From Octopus sinensis (lineage: Eukaryota), in contig NC_042998.1 in NCBI RefSeq assembly GCF_006345805.1, positions 57,164,001-57,228,000 of the forward strand: 64,000 nucleotides of DNA, in the 5' to 3' direction. Each line of letters starts with the position of its first letter. Position 1 is the stretch's first letter. Position numbers and translations under genes: made by a program. The notes beneath the pieces were generated by a model. It was given only the letters and a program-made list of their open reading frames with translations, had not been told where the DNA came from and searched no databases. Shown here one piece after another: positions 61,190-64,000 of the stretch.

Positions 61190-61381
61190 ATACCGTTGGC
61201 GATTTTTTTCCTCTGTCTTCCCTTCTCTGGATCTTTCCTTCTCCTATGTTTCCGACGAAGAGCTCCGCTCGAAACGTTAAACCCTCCTTCTTTCCTTCTT
61301 TCCGGAGCGTCCAATAATACTATATTTGTTCCACGTCCTCGCGTTGTTGTGTTTTTTGTGCTTTCTTGTTTGGATTAACTT
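61190..61381 (+). repeat. ~190-bp Penelope-type terminal-repeat fragment with minimal hammerhead motif (copy 2)
   Basis: Homologous to 9455-9650; contains gtttCCGACGAagagctccgctcGAAAcgttaaac; flanked by (TA)n. Confidence 0.65.
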
Positions 61382-61589
61382 TATATATATATATACAGTC
61401 TACATAACCATAACCTACTAACAACTCTACCTGTGTATATATAAACTGTGAGTGTGAGGTATGACTACCTTTTACGTATATTTCCTATTTATATTTCATT
61501 TATGAGCACGTACTCCTATATTTGTTTGAGTGATGGATCCTTCAGGTGCTTGGATAAAATACGGATATCGAGTTGACTCAGCATGCCTC

Positions 61590-61900
61590 CATGCTGGCCT
61601 TTGGCATGCTGGCAGTGTATGGAGGTCTCTCGTTATATCGTCTCAAGTTTTAATTTAGTCTCTTCGCAATGCTTCTAGATGTTTCGGCTGTGTGTATCAT
61701 GTTCTTATCTTTAGAAGCACCATCTATTCACATTATGCTGCACACTACATTTCTAGTTCTACAGTTAATACCAGGGTTATTCTTACATACCATGCAGTTA
61801 TCAATGGTGCACGTGGTATTCTGAAAGGGCACGTCCTACATAGTTGTGAATTCATGGAGCTCCCACCTTAATGTAGAGTTTGGTATCCTTCTCAGCTTTC
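61590..61900 (-). mobile_element. Penelope-like GIY-YIG remnant
   Basis: CMVCKNNPGINCRTRNVVCSIM*..HTAETSRSIAKRL. Confidence 0.55.
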
Positions 61901-61914
61901 CCAAATCTTCAGAC

Positions 61915-62075
61915 TAGTTGTACATAGATATACTGCTGCCAACTGGACCAAATGATGCAGAAACTCACAGAAAGAGAAGCCTAGATTAGTCAATAGATCC
62001 ACTCCTATTTTATTGCAAGACAACGCCAGACCACACACCGCAACAATGACATTGGCGAAACTACAGGAGCTGGAG
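61915..62075 (+). mobile_element. mariner (DD34D) catalytic-domain fragment
   Basis: DIYCCQLDQMMQKL..LVNRSTPILLQDNARPHTATMTLAKLQELE. Confidence 0.8.
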
Positions 62076-62350
62076 TTTAGAAATAGCAGCCAAAGACAGC
62101 TAATTCTGTGCTGACTACCCTATGTTATGTTCCGATGGCGCTTGGTCGGAGACGCATGAGGTAGGCTTTCTAGCATTTTCAAATTTATAATTCTCGAAAT
62201 ATTTTGATAATTCTAATCCAGAAACGCGTCCATAATTAATCGAAGTCTGTTTAATTTCGTTATTTTTTTCTTCTTTTTGCCTATGTGAGTTATCTGTGGA
62301 GTTATATGTGTAGTGAAAATAATTAGCTGTCTTTGGCTGCTATTTCTAAA
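62076..62350. mobile_element. Element bounded by perfect 30-bp inverted repeats, inserted at the end of the mariner fragment
   Basis: tttagaaatagcagccaaagacagctaatt (62076-62105) and its exact reverse complement (62321-62350). Confidence 0.6.
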
Positions 62351-62387
62351 TTTTCGGTATGTGGTGAAGTAACTTGTTGCAAAACCC

Positions 62388-62418
<31 letters not shown>

Positions 62419-63169
62419 ATTCAACCACGGTAGTGGTTGAATATATTTATAAGTCCACTATTTCGTCAATCGCAGCAGCTTTCAAGCTTCACCACTAATT
62501 CAGTTCTCAACTGAATTCCAAACTGTTAACAGTTTTAAAGAGGATACCTCCTCAGCTACACTTTGGCAAAAATTGTTTAAGATTTGGTTCAGTAGAAAAA
62601 AGTTACATGAATATCTGCGACCTCAAGGAGTGCAGTAAGGCACCTATTCACATTTAATTAACAAACATTTTAATTTCAAATTAAAAGTATACTTTTCTTT
62701 AGGCTTAGATGATAGAAAAATGCATGAGGAATTAAGAATCACTGGTTACATTGAACACTATTTAGTAGTAGTTATTAGGTAAAATGCTACGAAATTTCCT
62801 GTCAGTAAGTAAGAGAGTAAGGGAGGAACGATTCAGCTATAAGAATAAAGAATATATTTCTAAAATCTATGTTAACTTGCAAAGCCGGTGAGCTGGCAGA
62901 AACTTTGGTGAAACTGTTAACTGTATTTTGTATGTCTTTGCATTTTTTGAGTTCAAATTTCGCCGAGGTCGACTTTGATTTTTAAACGAAACACACTTTC
63001 AAACTGCCGATACTGGTAGAACGCGTCACATAAAACAGGGTTTACTCTTAACAATTTTGAAAAATTTTTGTATTTTGGAAGCGGTATTTCGTCTGTCTTT
63101 ACGTTCTGAGTTCAAATTCCGTCGAGGTCGACTTTGCTTTTCTTCCATGTGCTGTAGTTAATGCACATG

Positions 63170-63912
63170 AATGAAAACATATACACTATCAGGCACCATA
63201 ATCCTCCGAAAAGTGCCGATCGAGAATTCTGCGTCAGTTTCGCCATTTTCCTTTGCTTCATCAGTTAAGCTCTTCTTTTTGGTGAAATATTGCAAGCTGC
63301 TGTTTATATTGTTATATATGCACTTTAATTTCATATCGCCAGCGGCATTTCCTCCCATAAGAAGTTTCAGACTATTTTTGGAACCTTTAAATTCTGATGT
63401 TTATTTTTCTTCTTAAGACATAAAAGTTCTAGCAGACATGCGCTTCCAGAAAACTGCAGTCTCAATCACATTGTATACTTGCTCTGATGTGTAGCTCCTT
63501 TCAGCAATCATTTTCTTCAACTGCTCAGGATAATTAGTAGCAGCTTATGTATCATTACTCGCAGTTTCACCAATCATTTTTATGTGGTGTAAATTCAGGC
63601 GCTTCTTAAAAGAAAGAAAAACTACTCATGAAAACCCCTTTGGTTTGAAAAGTTTATTAGCACATTACGTCGATTCTAATCCTCGATCCATACGCTCAAA
63701 AATCTTTCCATTTTACGCATCATATTAGATCTTTGGGAAAATAAGTTCCAGACAGTTAACGAAGTAACTTCCTGAGCACTTGACATAATTTTCTCTGTGT
63801 TGTCACGTTTTGTTCCCACTGCAGGCGTTGCAAGAGTTAATGTTTTCCCAAGTCTTTTGAAAACATCCAATTCAAGTTTAAGGGTAATACCTTCACCATT
63901 CTTTTTTCGCAC
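63170..63912 (-). pseudogene. Tigger-like (pogo, CENP-B HTH) transposase remnant, N-terminal half
   Basis: ITLKLELDV..MERFLSVWIED; HIKMIGETAS; QVYNVIETAVFWKRM..RTF; LLMGGNAAGDMKLK. Confidence 0.85.
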
Positions 63913-64000
63913 TGCTGCATTCGGGTTTAATTGACAGCTTCTTTCCAGTTATCTTAAATTGAAGGCGTCTGTCTCTCTCTATTTACTCTCATATCTTTCT

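Noticed and set aside
61668-61724. Hammerhead-like pairing on the minus strand (gtgcttc..GAAACATCTA..gaagcat)
   Set aside because: Core is broken, and the sequence is better explained as GIY-YIG coding sequence (AETSRS).
62195-62237. GAAACGCGTC, typical of minimal hammerhead stem III
   Set aside because: Upstream core reads TTGATAA and stems I and II do not pair convincingly.

Overview
AT-rich, repeat-dense eukaryotic (animal) DNA, not prokaryotic. The tRNA-derived SINEs and microsatellite load resemble Octopus/coleoid cephalopod sequence; the taxon is my inference. Only one convincing host ORF is present: an apparently intronless 514-aa coiled-coil protein at 53073-54617 (-), with a downstream AATAAA and an upstream TGACGTCA. 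The rest is mostly decayed mobile DNA: R4/Dong-type, Tx1/L1-type, CR1 and RTE LINEs; Penelope-like (GIY-YIG) fragments; hAT, pogo/Tigger, mariner and maT transposases; Helitrons; MITEs; three SINE families; and many microsatellites, which generate most ORFs in the track. Best leads: (i) a type I hammerhead ribozyme at 9099-9185 with intact core and one mismatched stem II closing pair, plus minimal or decayed hammerhead motifs elsewhere; (ii) a head-to-tail pair of ~1.5-kb composite Helitrons joined CTAG|TC; (iii) an RTE LINE with twin-priming-type 5' inversion; (iv) a mariner fold-back element built from two 5' ends; (v) a CR1 whose ORF1 position carries a Myb/SANT-like domain; (vi) the orphan coiled-coil gene and a candidate type II membrane exon. 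Family assignments come from manual motif recognition, with no database searches, and many boundaries are approximate.
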